From: a bacterium
GTDB lineage: Bacteria > Patescibacteriota > Minisyncoccia > Phycocordibacterales > UBA6899
Reading direction: 5' to 3'
Length of the DNA stretch: 64,000 nt
Assembly: GCA_043756865.1 (NCBI GenBank)
Contig: JAYUQG010000014.1
Location: 2,349 to 66,348, forward strand
Shown: piece after piece, positions 40,583 through 50,199 of the stretch
Layout: every line of letters starts with the position of its first letter
Position numbering within the stretch: the stretch's first letter is position 1
Notes under the pieces: model-generated
The model's input: only the letters and a program-made list of their open reading frames with translations
What the model was told of the DNA's origin: nothing
Databases searched by the model: none
Program-made: the position numbers and the translations under genes

Positions 40583-41710
40583 CTAGAAAACTGGTGTACA
40601 AATGTACGTGAGTATATTTGCATAGTCAGTAGCCGCCTCCTGAAGCGCTCCAATCTGTATGCGGTAAGCCACCGTGGTCGTACCGATACCAATCGTTGTC
40701 CCATTTACTGGTGCGGAGTGGTACATAACGAGAAGCGGAGCTAGAGGTGCGAAGTTGCCTGTATAGAGTGTTCCTCCAGTAAATGGGTTTCCCGGTAACG
40801 TAGAGTCATCACTGGTGACACCAAAGTGACCATAGGTATTTTCTGAGCCAAGAATACTCGTGGGGGCAGACCACGCAGCAGGTGCTGCGGGGACGCCGTT
40901 TGCAAAGTAGTCAATATCGGCACCCGTATTTGACGTCAATGCTGCATTTGTCACGACAGTTACTGAATAGCCATTTTGCGCATTGGTTGATACCGATAGG
41001 AGCTGAGCACCAATTTCGTCATCAGCAACATCCAATGTACCGAATCCTATACCTGTAGCAGTGGTGGTTGTTGAAGTAGTTTGGCCACCAGTAAGTACGG
41101 TACTTGATGCAACTCCGGTAATTGTGAAGGTAAGCGATGTTGGCACACTCGCGCTCATGGTTACACCCTGAAGGATGGCCACGCGAGTATCTCCATTATG
41201 GGTCTGAGTACCTGCGATACGGATGACGTACGAACCAACAACGTTGGGGTTCGTAATACGGTTATTTGTAGCAGGAAGGGATATTGTTCCTAAGGGAATA
41301 GTATCACCAGCACAAACAGTGAGGGTGATTATATCCGGGTTAGAAGTGAATGCAACGGTTGCTTCATCTGTCCCAGCGCCACAGGCTCCAACAACAGCGA
41401 GACCTGTTTCACCGACAAAGTCTGCCGCAACAAGTCCAGCAATAGCAAAGAGACTTGTTGTTGGGTCGAGCTCTATGGTAATTGTTTGCCCTGCAGTAAC
41501 TGCCGCTGCTGATGTCCACAAAAATGTGTGATTCGTCGCGGTGGAGGTAGCGGAGCTGACGATCGTGTCGGAAACACTTGTCAGTGCCGCTGCTGATGCA
41601 ACATTAATAAAAGAAGGCAAACCCACTGCCCACGACAGCGTGGCTGCGATAAGAAACACTCCAAGCTGCTTTGCTCGTGAGAGTTTTTTGAATGAACGCG
41701 TATAGCTCAT
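40583..41710 (-). CDS. Secreted two-domain WxL-like protein, putative major subunit of fibre system II
   Basis: Signal peptide ending ASA, no TM. C-domain (LTF.I.GV, FGTL, VSTNA..GY.V, FG, Y...L.Y...P.F) shared with the C-terminus of the 1790-aa protein. Confidence 0.75.
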   Translation of the reverse strand: MSYTRSFKKLSRAKQLGVFLIAATLSWAVGLPSFINVASAAALTSVSDTIVSSATSTATNHTFLWTSAAAVTAGQTITIELDPTTSLFAIAGLVAADFVGETGLAVVGACGAGTDEATVAFTSNPDIITLTVCAGDTIPLGTISLPATNNRITNPNVVGSYVIRIAGTQTHNGDTRVAILQGVTMSASVPTSLTFTITGVASSTVLTGGQTTSTTTTATGIGFGTLDVADDEIGAQLLSVSTNAQNGYSVTVVTNAALTSNTGADIDYFANGVPAAPAAWSAPTSILGSENTYGHFGVTSDDSTLPGNPFTGGTLYTGNFAPLAPLLVMYHSAPVNGTTIGIGTTTVAYRIQIGALQEAATDYANILTYICTPVF

Positions 41711-41880
41711 AAAGAACTTTGTATAAAACGAATAATGGCTGTGAGAGAACTGCTGCATGTGTGTACGGTCTATATTTTTGATGTCTCTCCATTAGTGGGA
41801 TTAGAGAAACATAAAGACAACGCACCCCCGGACAGTGGACCACCAAGTCAGCGAATGACAAGATAATTCACCTAACCATT

Positions 41881-42048
41881 ATTATACAATGAATAACGCA
41901 TAACGGGTGGATAAACAGTGCGTAGGTGTGGATAAGCGCACCCATACTGTGGATACAGTTCAAGAAATATGCTTATTTACGAACAAACACAAAGTTTTTT
42001 TGCAAAATTCACTCGCAGGCATGTGGATAGCGTGGATAACCACGCTAT
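41881..42048 (-). promoter_or_regulatory. Promoter (-10 TATAAT at 41881-41886) with five co-oriented DnaA-box-like 9-mers
   Basis: ggtggataa 41906, tgtggataa 41927 (perfect TTATCCACA), tgtggatac 41948, tgtggatag 42022, cgtggataa 42031. Confidence 0.65.
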
Positions 42049-42092
42049 AACTGCAACATGTTTGTGTTTGTCCTCTGTTTCCCCTGCTAGTA

Positions 42093-43403
42093 CTAAGGTA
42101 TGACGATATCCATTGCTCCGTTCTTTTTTATAACCATTTGGTATTCCCGCTCTGCCTTAAACACCGAAACAAAATACCAGCCAATCAGAAAAACACAAAC
42201 GAGGAGGACGAGCACAGAGCCGATAAACACACTGTAGCGTTTGATAAATCTAAAGTATGAAAATCGTCGTGCGGAGTGTCCCCTGAGCGAGCGGAGCTCT
42301 GCACCACCTTTTGCGAGTGGGCCATTAAGCACACGAAGTGTGAGGGCGGGTATTGCCTGTGCACTCGAATGTTTTTTGCCATCTACCCTTTGCTCCCCTT
42401 CTATTCGTGCATGCTCTAGCTGAATAGCCTCTGCAATGTAGCGGCGCAGCGCCCTACGGGTGAACCAGAAGAAAAAAGTCAGCGTGGTGAAAATGATGAG
42501 CAGGGGCACCCAAGGTACAACCCAAAAATGCACGTCCTTATATGCAGTCTTTGTCTTATCGTTACCGTAAGTAAGCACGGCGACGGCCTTGTAACGACCT
42601 ATGTCAAAAAAGTTTGACCCACCCTTCCATTCAAACGAAAATATACGAGATGCTCCCGGTAGTACCGTGCCGAATCGGTGCTCCTGATCAACAACAATTC
42701 GTCCACGTTCGCGCCCAAACATGTTAAAAATGATGATTTCGCCCTCGGGGTTAACGTGTACGTTGCCCGTATTTGTGAAACGCAAATCAAATCCTGCTTC
42801 TTGTTTCTGCACAAGGCCATGCTTGGGAAAAAGTCCGGTAATTTCTCCTTGTTCAATGATATTTCCCGATATCTTTACATAGAGAAGTGAGGAAACAAGT
42901 GAACTAAATGAGACATTACCTCCCCCACTTTGTGGGGAGGGGCCTATGAGTAACGCAGCATAGTGTCCACCCGGTTCGGCATTCATGGGAATTGTTATGG
43001 TAAAAGGTATGCGCACTTCTCCACCAGAAGGAACAAAAAAATCCTTATCGGAGAGCGTAACCCATGTCGCAAGTTCATGCGATGTTGGCTCATCTCTTGT
43101 CCCCGATGGAGCAAATACCGTCGCGCCGATTTGTCCATCAGCGCTGAAATTTTCGACAGTGGAACGGATTACCAGCTCGGTTTCCCCTCCATTGTGTAAA
43201 ATCACCGTACTTGACCACACTACTCCCCGCGCGAGGCCCAGCTGAAACAGCGGAGGTGAAACTGTCATCGTAACCCTCTCTGCGTGTTGCGGTGACTCCT
43301 CGGCAAAAAGCATATTCGGGAACAACATCCCAATAAGCAACAAGCAGGGAGTAAGGGCGCTGAGCACCGTGGAGAAAGTATTACGGAACGTTACTCCCGT
43401 CAT
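42093..43403 (-). CDS. DUF916-like two-Ig protein with TM helices
   Basis: TVSPP, LATWV, ITIPMNAEPGGHYA, TNTGNVHVNPEG, GRYKA. Confidence 0.8.
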   Translation of the reverse strand: MTGVTFRNTFSTVLSALTPCLLLIGMLFPNMLFAEESPQHAERVTMTVSPPLFQLGLARGVVWSSTVILHNGGETELVIRSTVENFSADGQIGATVFAPSGTRDEPTSHELATWVTLSDKDFFVPSGGEVRIPFTITIPMNAEPGGHYAALLIGPSPQSGGGNVSFSSLVSSLLYVKISGNIIEQGEITGLFPKHGLVQKQEAGFDLRFTNTGNVHVNPEGEIIIFNMFGRERGRIVVDQEHRFGTVLPGASRIFSFEWKGGSNFFDIGRYKAVAVLTYGNDKTKTAYKDVHFWVVPWVPLLIIFTTLTFFFWFTRRALRRYIAEAIQLEHARIEGEQRVDGKKHSSAQAIPALTLRVLNGPLAKGGAELRSLRGHSARRFSYFRFIKRYSVFIGSVLVLLVCVFLIGWYFVSVFKAEREYQMVIKKNGAMDIVIP

Positions 43404-43405
43404 AT

Positions 43406-44827
43406 TTATTTCCTCTTTAAATCAACCACATGAGCGGGGTCAATTGGTTTTTTGACCTTTGCCACAAGGGTGGTGGGGGCAGGCATACGCTTAGGGGTGA
43501 TTTGAGATTTGGAAGGAATGGACTCACGCACAGGTGTGCTCGCCGGACTGCGTGCGACCATCGACAAAGACTCGGTGCGCATACGGGGTGGCGCGTAAGT
43601 CATTTTTGCCGGAATGCGCACCTCCGTAAACGCATTAATAGACGAAGTCGCAACATCCTCAATCTCTGCTCCTGATTTGCGCATATAGGGAAATGTAATA
43701 CGCGGAAAGTGTCCACGCAGCCGATCACGAAGTGTAAGTATGTCTGTCGGCTCATAAATTTCCTCGTCTTGTGCAGGTTCAACATCTGTCACATACACCA
43801 TCTTGCGCCCGCTCGTTGAATACGAATGAAAGAGGAGTGCAAGCATAACCATCAGCACCGAGAGTGAGAGGAAGTACGACAGAAGCTTCCCCCAAGGCAA
43901 AACCCAAAAGTACACCGTGTCCTGAATGACGCCACGGTCGCCATATTCGAGGTCGAGTATCGCTTTGTATTTACCGAACTCCCCTTGCGCAGCCCACACC
44001 GATGCGAGTTGTGCGTTGCCACTGGGCTCAATCTTTTCCCCATCTTCGTTTGCGGGCACAGAAGCAATCTCCTCTCCTTTTTTATCAAAGATGCGAATTG
44101 TCCCACGTGGTACCACACCGCGATTTCCTGTGTTTTCTATTCGATAATTAAACGATGCGGATTCGCCGCTAAAAATATTTTTGTCTGGTACGAAGGTGCC
44201 GAGTTGCAGATGCTCTTTTGCGTCATCAAGCACTTCAATATTGAGCATTACCTCGTGAGTAGCGTTTTTGTTTGCTTCCGCGCTGACTCGGTCGGGGCCC
44301 TCGGAAAAGTGCACGACCGCATGGTACATTCCCGGTTTTGCATTGAGATTTATCTGCACCAAGACGGGCACCTCGCGTTTGTCCCCTGGGAGTATGTCAA
44401 TCATGCTGCGTGTTACTTCTACCCAGCGCGTGAGTGACTCATGAGTCTCTTTTCCCTCGGTGCCACCAAGGTCTCGAGTACCACGCACGCCACTAACACC
44501 AAAGTCGGTCACCCACGGATAAATAGTGATTAGACGTTCACTGGCGTTTTCGATTGTCACGGTGTACCGAAGAATTTCGCGCTGCTTCCCTTTGCCGTCG
44601 ATCACCGCTGGCGTGACCACAATATCCTGCGCATACGCAATCGGCACAACTGCGGAAAAGCAGAAAAGGAGCGATATGAGCGCAAGTGCTATCCATCTCG
44701 TAGACCGAAATATCTTTGCAGAAAAATTGTAGAAGGTAGTCTTCATTGAATACACTCTATTATATGGTATGTGGCGAGAAGCGAGGTGGGGACAAACCTT
44801 ATGTTGTGGAATATAAAACATATTCAT
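43406..44827 (-). CDS. DUF916-like two-Ig protein with TM and long cytoplasmic tail (alternative start 44746)
   Basis: VVTPA, LTRWV, NAKPGMYHA, ENTGNRGVVPRG, GKYKA. Tail ends VVDLKRK, like 1952..2992. Confidence 0.75.
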   Translation of the reverse strand: MNMFYIPQHKVCPHLASRHIPYNRVYSMKTTFYNFSAKIFRSTRWIALALISLLFCFSAVVPIAYAQDIVVTPAVIDGKGKQREILRYTVTIENASERLITIYPWVTDFGVSGVRGTRDLGGTEGKETHESLTRWVEVTRSMIDILPGDKREVPVLVQINLNAKPGMYHAVVHFSEGPDRVSAEANKNATHEVMLNIEVLDDAKEHLQLGTFVPDKNIFSGESASFNYRIENTGNRGVVPRGTIRIFDKKGEEIASVPANEDGEKIEPSGNAQLASVWAAQGEFGKYKAILDLEYGDRGVIQDTVYFWVLPWGKLLSYFLSLSVLMVMLALLFHSYSTSGRKMVYVTDVEPAQDEEIYEPTDILTLRDRLRGHFPRITFPYMRKSGAEIEDVATSSINAFTEVRIPAKMTYAPPRMRTESLSMVARSPASTPVRESIPSKSQITPKRMPAPTTLVAKVKKPIDPAHVVDLKRK

Positions 44828-47800
44828 CAGAAGGTGGGGACTACAATATAGCGAATCATGGTCTCGTATTGACCGGCGGGAAGTAGAATATGGCGTTCAA
44901 CTCGGAATATAACGTCCGCAGTGTCCGTGGCGGTCGCGGGCACTGAGCCGTACATAACCTCGCGTGCAGGGGTTTCAAACTCCGCCCACGTGTCGTTAGG
45001 GGCAAACCGCGGTGAACCGCCAAATAGCGTGTTATCCCCTGCGTGATACCCAAAACACCCAGTCGAGGTGGCGGTGCAAGCCGTCGCCCATGGCATCGGT
45101 GTGGTGTTTGAGGCAGCAACTCCCGGAATTTCTGCCCCACCCGCAGAGATGAAATTTTGTGTTTCAGAGACCAGCACTTGGTATCCATCAGTCGCGTTTG
45201 TATTCACATGTAGTGTATGTGCACCTATTTCAGAAACCCCGACTCCCAGCGTGCCAAACGGTACTGCGGTTGGTGTTGTGGCAATTGTGGTCACAATACC
45301 TTCGGGTGTTGAGGATCCTGACACCACTCCAAGTACCGCAAAGGTGAGCGTCGTATCGCCTGTTGAAAGAGACGGATAAGACTTTCCGGTATCAATCGGA
45401 ACGGGGACACTGTTGTTCACGTCATAGAGCCTAAAAAAGTAAGTGGTGTTTGCCGCTGCTCCCGCATGGGTAATCGTGTACTCAAATTCATACGCAGTGT
45501 TGGCAAGCGGATCGATGGTTGCAGTCGTCGTTGGCGCCTCGTTGTGAGTACCGAATGCTGCGGAATCAGTAAGGAGGAGTGCGGTGATTAAACTTCCATC
45601 AGTATCTACTCCGTTTGCATAACACCACGCTGTTGTGCAGGAGGACGTCGCTGTTACGAACCCCACACCAGAGGAGAAATCGGAAAAGGTTGAGTATTGG
45701 AGGCGGAATTTTTGATTTACTCCACTGTGTCCGCGTGTATCAGAGGCCGTAATGCGCAGTTTTGCAATGTCACCCAACTTCAAGTTGACCGGTGCTATAT
45801 TTTCGCCAGCGAGTGCTGTTGTTGGAGTTTCATTGGTTTCATCGTCATACCACTTCCAGTTGCGTGACTTTGGAGTATATCCCGCGGTACGAATCATCGG
45901 ATATGCCGCGTAGTTTCCAAACGAAGTGCCTCCACTATAAGCCATACGGAAGCAATAATCAGTATTTGTGGCAGCGCCATTATCCTGAAGCACCCAGTCG
46001 TACTCAACGTCTTCTCCGATAAATACTGCGAAGGGGTTTCCTTTACTATTATTTACTTCTTCAAAAGTTCCCGCGCGATCAGAAAGCGAAAGGACCAAAT
46101 CCCCTCCCGTTGGCGGGTCACCCGAAAGATTTGTCTCGTCAGCTACGGCCGTATTAAAACCTCTCCATATTGAGCCGCTTCCAATACCCCCCACTGCAGA
46201 CCACGTTCCTCCGAGGTTTCCACATGTTGAGGTTGGTGTTCCATATTGAAGCGTAAAAGCCGTCGATGAAGCCAGTAGCGTAGTGGTCGACACATTAAAA
46301 CTCATGCGGAGTCGCACCACATCGCCGGAGTCGGGAGGAACATCCAGTGCCGTAATGTTCGTATTTTCACTCAAATTTACTGCTCCGGCAGGCCATGGGT
46401 CAGTCGGGAGCAACGCGTTATTGTTCACGTAGTAGCGGAAGTAGTCTTGCTGCAAAACGGGTGCCTTGAGCTGAAAATTGGTGTCATACGTCAAGACCAT
46501 CTCGCTGTTGGCTGCATATTCTTCAGTTTGATTACCGCGCACGAGTGTTTGGAATGCGCGCGTATTCCATGTAATAGGCGCACCAAAAGTGAAATTCGTC
46601 GACGTTGCCTGCGTGAGATATATTGCTCGGAAATTCTCGGCATCTTCTGTTCCTTCACTTATGGTCACAGGTGACCCGCCGGAAAGTGAGATGCGGACCG
46701 TACCGGGAATGATCGATGTAGCATCCGTATGCATGACCGAAGTGGAAAGGTAACTCGATCGATAGGTTTTCGTTACGGTTTCGGGAAGCGTAATAACAAA
46801 TGGAATTGAGTTGTCAGAATTTGCAAGTGCGGGAACCGCACTCGAGCTCCCGCCAAAAAACTTTCCCGTCTTCGTCACAGGACCATTAAGATTTCCTGCC
46901 CAATGAAACGTAATAAACGCCTCAACCCCGACTGCTGCATCGTACGTTGCCGCCTGATGGCGCACATCAATACTAAGGGTGGTAGTGGTACCGCTCCACG
47001 ATGAAGTCGCAGCACCCATGTCGTGAATAATGCGCATTTCACCACCACGGGGGAGTGAAAGTGTTGCGGTATACGTCACACCCGTCGTCGCTGAATTTCC
47101 TATTTTTCCCCCCACCGCAAGAAAGGGTGTATTCGTCACTGAGTCGTGTACTTTGTACCAGAGATTTTTTACCGTTGAGCTTCCATTTAATATCGTTGCA
47201 CTTTGCGTATAGGATGAAGACGCGGTCGCAGGCAGTGCAGCGGCCTGACCCATCCAGTATTGCACCGTTTCGGTTTGAATAGTCGCACCCGTCGAATATT
47301 TGTAGGTTATAACCACTTCCCCACCCAGTCCTCCAATAGCAGCAGTCGCGACTGCAATATTAAGTGTTTGTGATGATGTAGCTAAATTCACTCCTCCAAT
47401 CAATGGACGATACAGCAGAAAGCGCTCCATGCCGTCATTTAATACCTCAAGCGCATTATGTACTGCACCCACTGCGCCACCGCTGATTGAAGGGGTGACA
47501 TCAGCTGCTGCATTTTCGACATAGGAAATTTCAAAGAACGCGTCAACGATGTCTGAAGTGGTCGCAAGGTCAGGAACGTTTATTGCGTACCCAAACGCGC
47601 ATGTGGCCCCGGCGGCACAATCAGTACGCCTCGTGCCACTGTCACCAGCTTGTGTTGAACGAAGTGGGAAGCGCACTGTTTTCAGTGCCGTGTGTGGAAT
47701 AAGTGAATAGTCCTCTTCGTATGTAACGATCAGCTTCATCGTAGCCAAGTGCCACGTGGGTCCTGTGACCGAGAGCATGCCCACCACTGCGAGGCCACTG

Positions 47801-50199
47801 TTCCATTGGCTGTCTGTTTGTGTCTGAAAAAGTGAAGTGACATTCGCTTTTGCAGAAAGCAGCGGTGAAGAAACACCAGAATTGTCTACAAAAATAGCCG
47901 TCGCGGCATTACTTGCAACAGTGTCAGCGGCAATGTCCTCCCCCGATGCAATGCCGGGACTCACATCTAGTGTCATTTCAAAGTTTGATATGTCAGTCGA
48001 TGTGATAACACTCGAGGTTGTATCAAGGTATGCAGAAAGTACGCGAATACCCGAACCGAAGATCTGGACTGATTTTGTCCCCGCACTGCCCTTGGTGCTA
48101 TTCCAGGCACTCCCTGCATACACGTTGTCATCGGACGCGCGAGCAACACCGTTGTTGTCGGTTCCCGTTTGTGTGGCCGCAGCACCAGCCCCTCCCCCCA
48201 AAACGAATTCTACGGTGCGCAATTGTTTTCCCTCGCTCGCTTCTGGGTCATTCCCCGAGAGGTTGGCATCATACGTCACCACCATTTCGCTGTTGGCTGC
48301 ATACTCTTCAGTTTGATTACCGCGCACCAGCGTCGCAAACGCGCGACTCACCCAAGGAATCATTGCGTCGGGTGTAAAATTCGTTGAAGTAGCCTGCGTC
48401 ATGTACATTGCGCGAAAATTCTCCAAGTCTTCGGTTGCTTCAGTTATCGCCACGGGTGCGCCACCAGAGAGGGAGATACGTACGGTGCCGGAGAGAATCG
48501 CCGTCAGGTCAGTATGCATGACGGAGGTAGAAAGATAACTCGAACGATAAGTCTTTGTCACTGTTTCAGGAAGTGTCACCGTAAATGAAAACATATTGTC
48601 ACTATTTGCCAGTGCGGGGACACCACCAGATGAACCTGCAAAGAATTTTCCCGTTTTTGTTACGGCACCGTATGCCCCCCCCGACCAATGAAATGTAATC
48701 ATTGCTTCCACACCGGGTGCTGCATCATACGTCGCTGCCTGATGGCGCACGTCTATCGAAAGCGTGCTCGAGGCGCCGCTCCACGACGTCGTCGCAGCGC
48801 CCATATCGTGGATAATACGCAGCTCTCCACCGCGCGGATTCGCAAGCGTGCCAGTATAGGTCACTCCCGAAGTTGCAGAGTTGCCAACCTTTCCGCCTAT
48901 CGCAACAAACGGGGTGTTCGTCACCGAATCATGTACACGAAACCAAATGGACTTTGGATTCGCACCACCATTTACCAGTGTGGCGACTTGAGTAAATGTC
49001 GATGATGCCGTGCCGGGGAGTGCGCGCTGTTGTCCCATCCAATATTGCACTGTTTCTGTTTGCGTCGGTGCGTCACTTAAAAATTTGTAGGTCACCACTA
49101 TTTCACCCCCGAGTCCTGCGATGGTTCCTGTCGTTCCCACATCAAGTGTCTGCGCGGTATTAGAAAGATTGGGTGTCCCAATCGCGGGGCGATAAATAAT
49201 AAACCGCTCCATGCCATCAACTGCCACCTCAAGCGGATTATGCAAACTCCCTGCTGCCCCACCATTGATGGAGGGCGTGAGCACCGATGCACCGTCTTCG
49301 ATATAGGAAAGTTCAAACCATGCATCAACAATGTCCGCTGTTGCAACCAGCTCCGGAATATCGAGCAGATAGCTAAACGAACATGTGCCCACGGTACAGT
49401 CGGTGCGTTTTGTGCCAGAATCCCCCGATGCGGTGGACCGAAGCGGAAAGCGCACGGTCTTCATTTCCTGATGACTTGCTTCTGAGTAATTCTGCTCATA
49501 GGTAATAACAAGCTTCATGGTCGCGAGTGTCCATGTGGGCCCCGTGACTGAAAGCATGCCCACTACGGCGAGACCAGTATTCCACTGTCCGTCTGTCTGA
49601 GTTTGAAAAAGCGAAGTGACGTCTGCTTTTGCAGAAAGAATGGGCGACGAAAGTCCCGACGTATCGCTATACACCAAGCCCGTGCCATTTCGGGCAACTT
49701 CACCCACGGCCACATCGTCACCAGCACCTATCCCAGGACTTACATCGAGCGCAATTTCGATGTCGGTGACGTCTATTGCAGTAACCAGCGCTGAAGTGAG
49801 ATCGAGATATGCAGACAGCACTCGAATCCCCGAACCGGGTATCTGAACAGTTTTTGTCCCCGCAGTGCCCTTGGTGATATTCCACGAACTCCCCGCATAT
49901 ACATTATCGTCGGAGGTACGAGCAACCCCGCTATTATCAGTACCCGTCTGCGTTGCAGCAGTACCAACACCAGAGCCGAGTGCGTACTCGACAGTACGCA
50001 ACTGCTTGCCAGTATATGCGGCTTCCGCGCGTTTCGTGGTTTCACCAAAAAAGAATTCGTACCCACCCATGCCCGAGATGAGTAACGCGAGTATAACCAG
50101 AGAGGGTGGCACTCGTCGCAAACCCCCCATGACAAATTGCAACTTGCCATTCACGAAACAAAAAAACACGTTTAGTCGCCTTGCGTTGTCGTATTTCAT
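44827..50199 (-). CDS. 1790-aa exported adhesin-like protein with two ~590-aa tandem repeats and C-terminal WxL-like domain
   Basis: GKQLRTVE(Y/F) starts both repeats; C-terminus YETMIRYIVVPTF. Confidence 0.88.
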   Translation of the reverse strand: MKYDNARRLNVFFCFVNGKLQFVMGGLRRVPPSLVILALLISGMGGYEFFFGETTKRAEAAYTGKQLRTVEYALGSGVGTAATQTGTDNSGVARTSDDNVYAGSSWNITKGTAGTKTVQIPGSGIRVLSAYLDLTSALVTAIDVTDIEIALDVSPGIGAGDDVAVGEVARNGTGLVYSDTSGLSSPILSAKADVTSLFQTQTDGQWNTGLAVVGMLSVTGPTWTLATMKLVITYEQNYSEASHQEMKTVRFPLRSTASGDSGTKRTDCTVGTCSFSYLLDIPELVATADIVDAWFELSYIEDGASVLTPSINGGAAGSLHNPLEVAVDGMERFIIYRPAIGTPNLSNTAQTLDVGTTGTIAGLGGEIVVTYKFLSDAPTQTETVQYWMGQQRALPGTASSTFTQVATLVNGGANPKSIWFRVHDSVTNTPFVAIGGKVGNSATSGVTYTGTLANPRGGELRIIHDMGAATTSWSGASSTLSIDVRHQAATYDAAPGVEAMITFHWSGGAYGAVTKTGKFFAGSSGGVPALANSDNMFSFTVTLPETVTKTYRSSYLSTSVMHTDLTAILSGTVRISLSGGAPVAITEATEDLENFRAMYMTQATSTNFTPDAMIPWVSRAFATLVRGNQTEEYAANSEMVVTYDANLSGNDPEASEGKQLRTVEFVLGGGAGAAATQTGTDNNGVARASDDNVYAGSAWNSTKGSAGTKSVQIFGSGIRVLSAYLDTTSSVITSTDISNFEMTLDVSPGIASGEDIAADTVASNAATAIFVDNSGVSSPLLSAKANVTSLFQTQTDSQWNSGLAVVGMLSVTGPTWHLATMKLIVTYEEDYSLIPHTALKTVRFPLRSTQAGDSGTRRTDCAAGATCAFGYAINVPDLATTSDIVDAFFEISYVENAAADVTPSISGGAVGAVHNALEVLNDGMERFLLYRPLIGGVNLATSSQTLNIAVATAAIGGLGGEVVITYKYSTGATIQTETVQYWMGQAAALPATASSSYTQSATILNGSSTVKNLWYKVHDSVTNTPFLAVGGKIGNSATTGVTYTATLSLPRGGEMRIIHDMGAATSSWSGTTTTLSIDVRHQAATYDAAVGVEAFITFHWAGNLNGPVTKTGKFFGGSSSAVPALANSDNSIPFVITLPETVTKTYRSSYLSTSVMHTDATSIIPGTVRISLSGGSPVTISEGTEDAENFRAIYLTQATSTNFTFGAPITWNTRAFQTLVRGNQTEEYAANSEMVLTYDTNFQLKAPVLQQDYFRYYVNNNALLPTDPWPAGAVNLSENTNITALDVPPDSGDVVRLRMSFNVSTTTLLASSTAFTLQYGTPTSTCGNLGGTWSAVGGIGSGSIWRGFNTAVADETNLSGDPPTGGDLVLSLSDRAGTFEEVNNSKGNPFAVFIGEDVEYDWVLQDNGAATNTDYCFRMAYSGGTSFGNYAAYPMIRTAGYTPKSRNWKWYDDETNETPTTALAGENIAPVNLKLGDIAKLRITASDTRGHSGVNQKFRLQYSTFSDFSSGVGFVTATSSCTTAWCYANGVDTDGSLITALLLTDSAAFGTHNEAPTTTATIDPLANTAYEFEYTITHAGAAANTTYFFRLYDVNNSVPVPIDTGKSYPSLSTGDTTLTFAVLGVVSGSSTPEGIVTTIATTPTAVPFGTLGVGVSEIGAHTLHVNTNATDGYQVLVSETQNFISAGGAEIPGVAASNTTPMPWATACTATSTGCFGYHAGDNTLFGGSPRFAPNDTWAEFETPAREVMYGSVPATATDTADVIFRVERHILLPAGQYETMIRYIVVPTF

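Noticed and set aside
41881-42048. Replication origin oriC
   Set aside because: No dnaA/dnaN nearby and no clear AT-rich unwinding element; the boxes sit in a promoter within a gene cluster. Cannot be fully excluded without GC skew.
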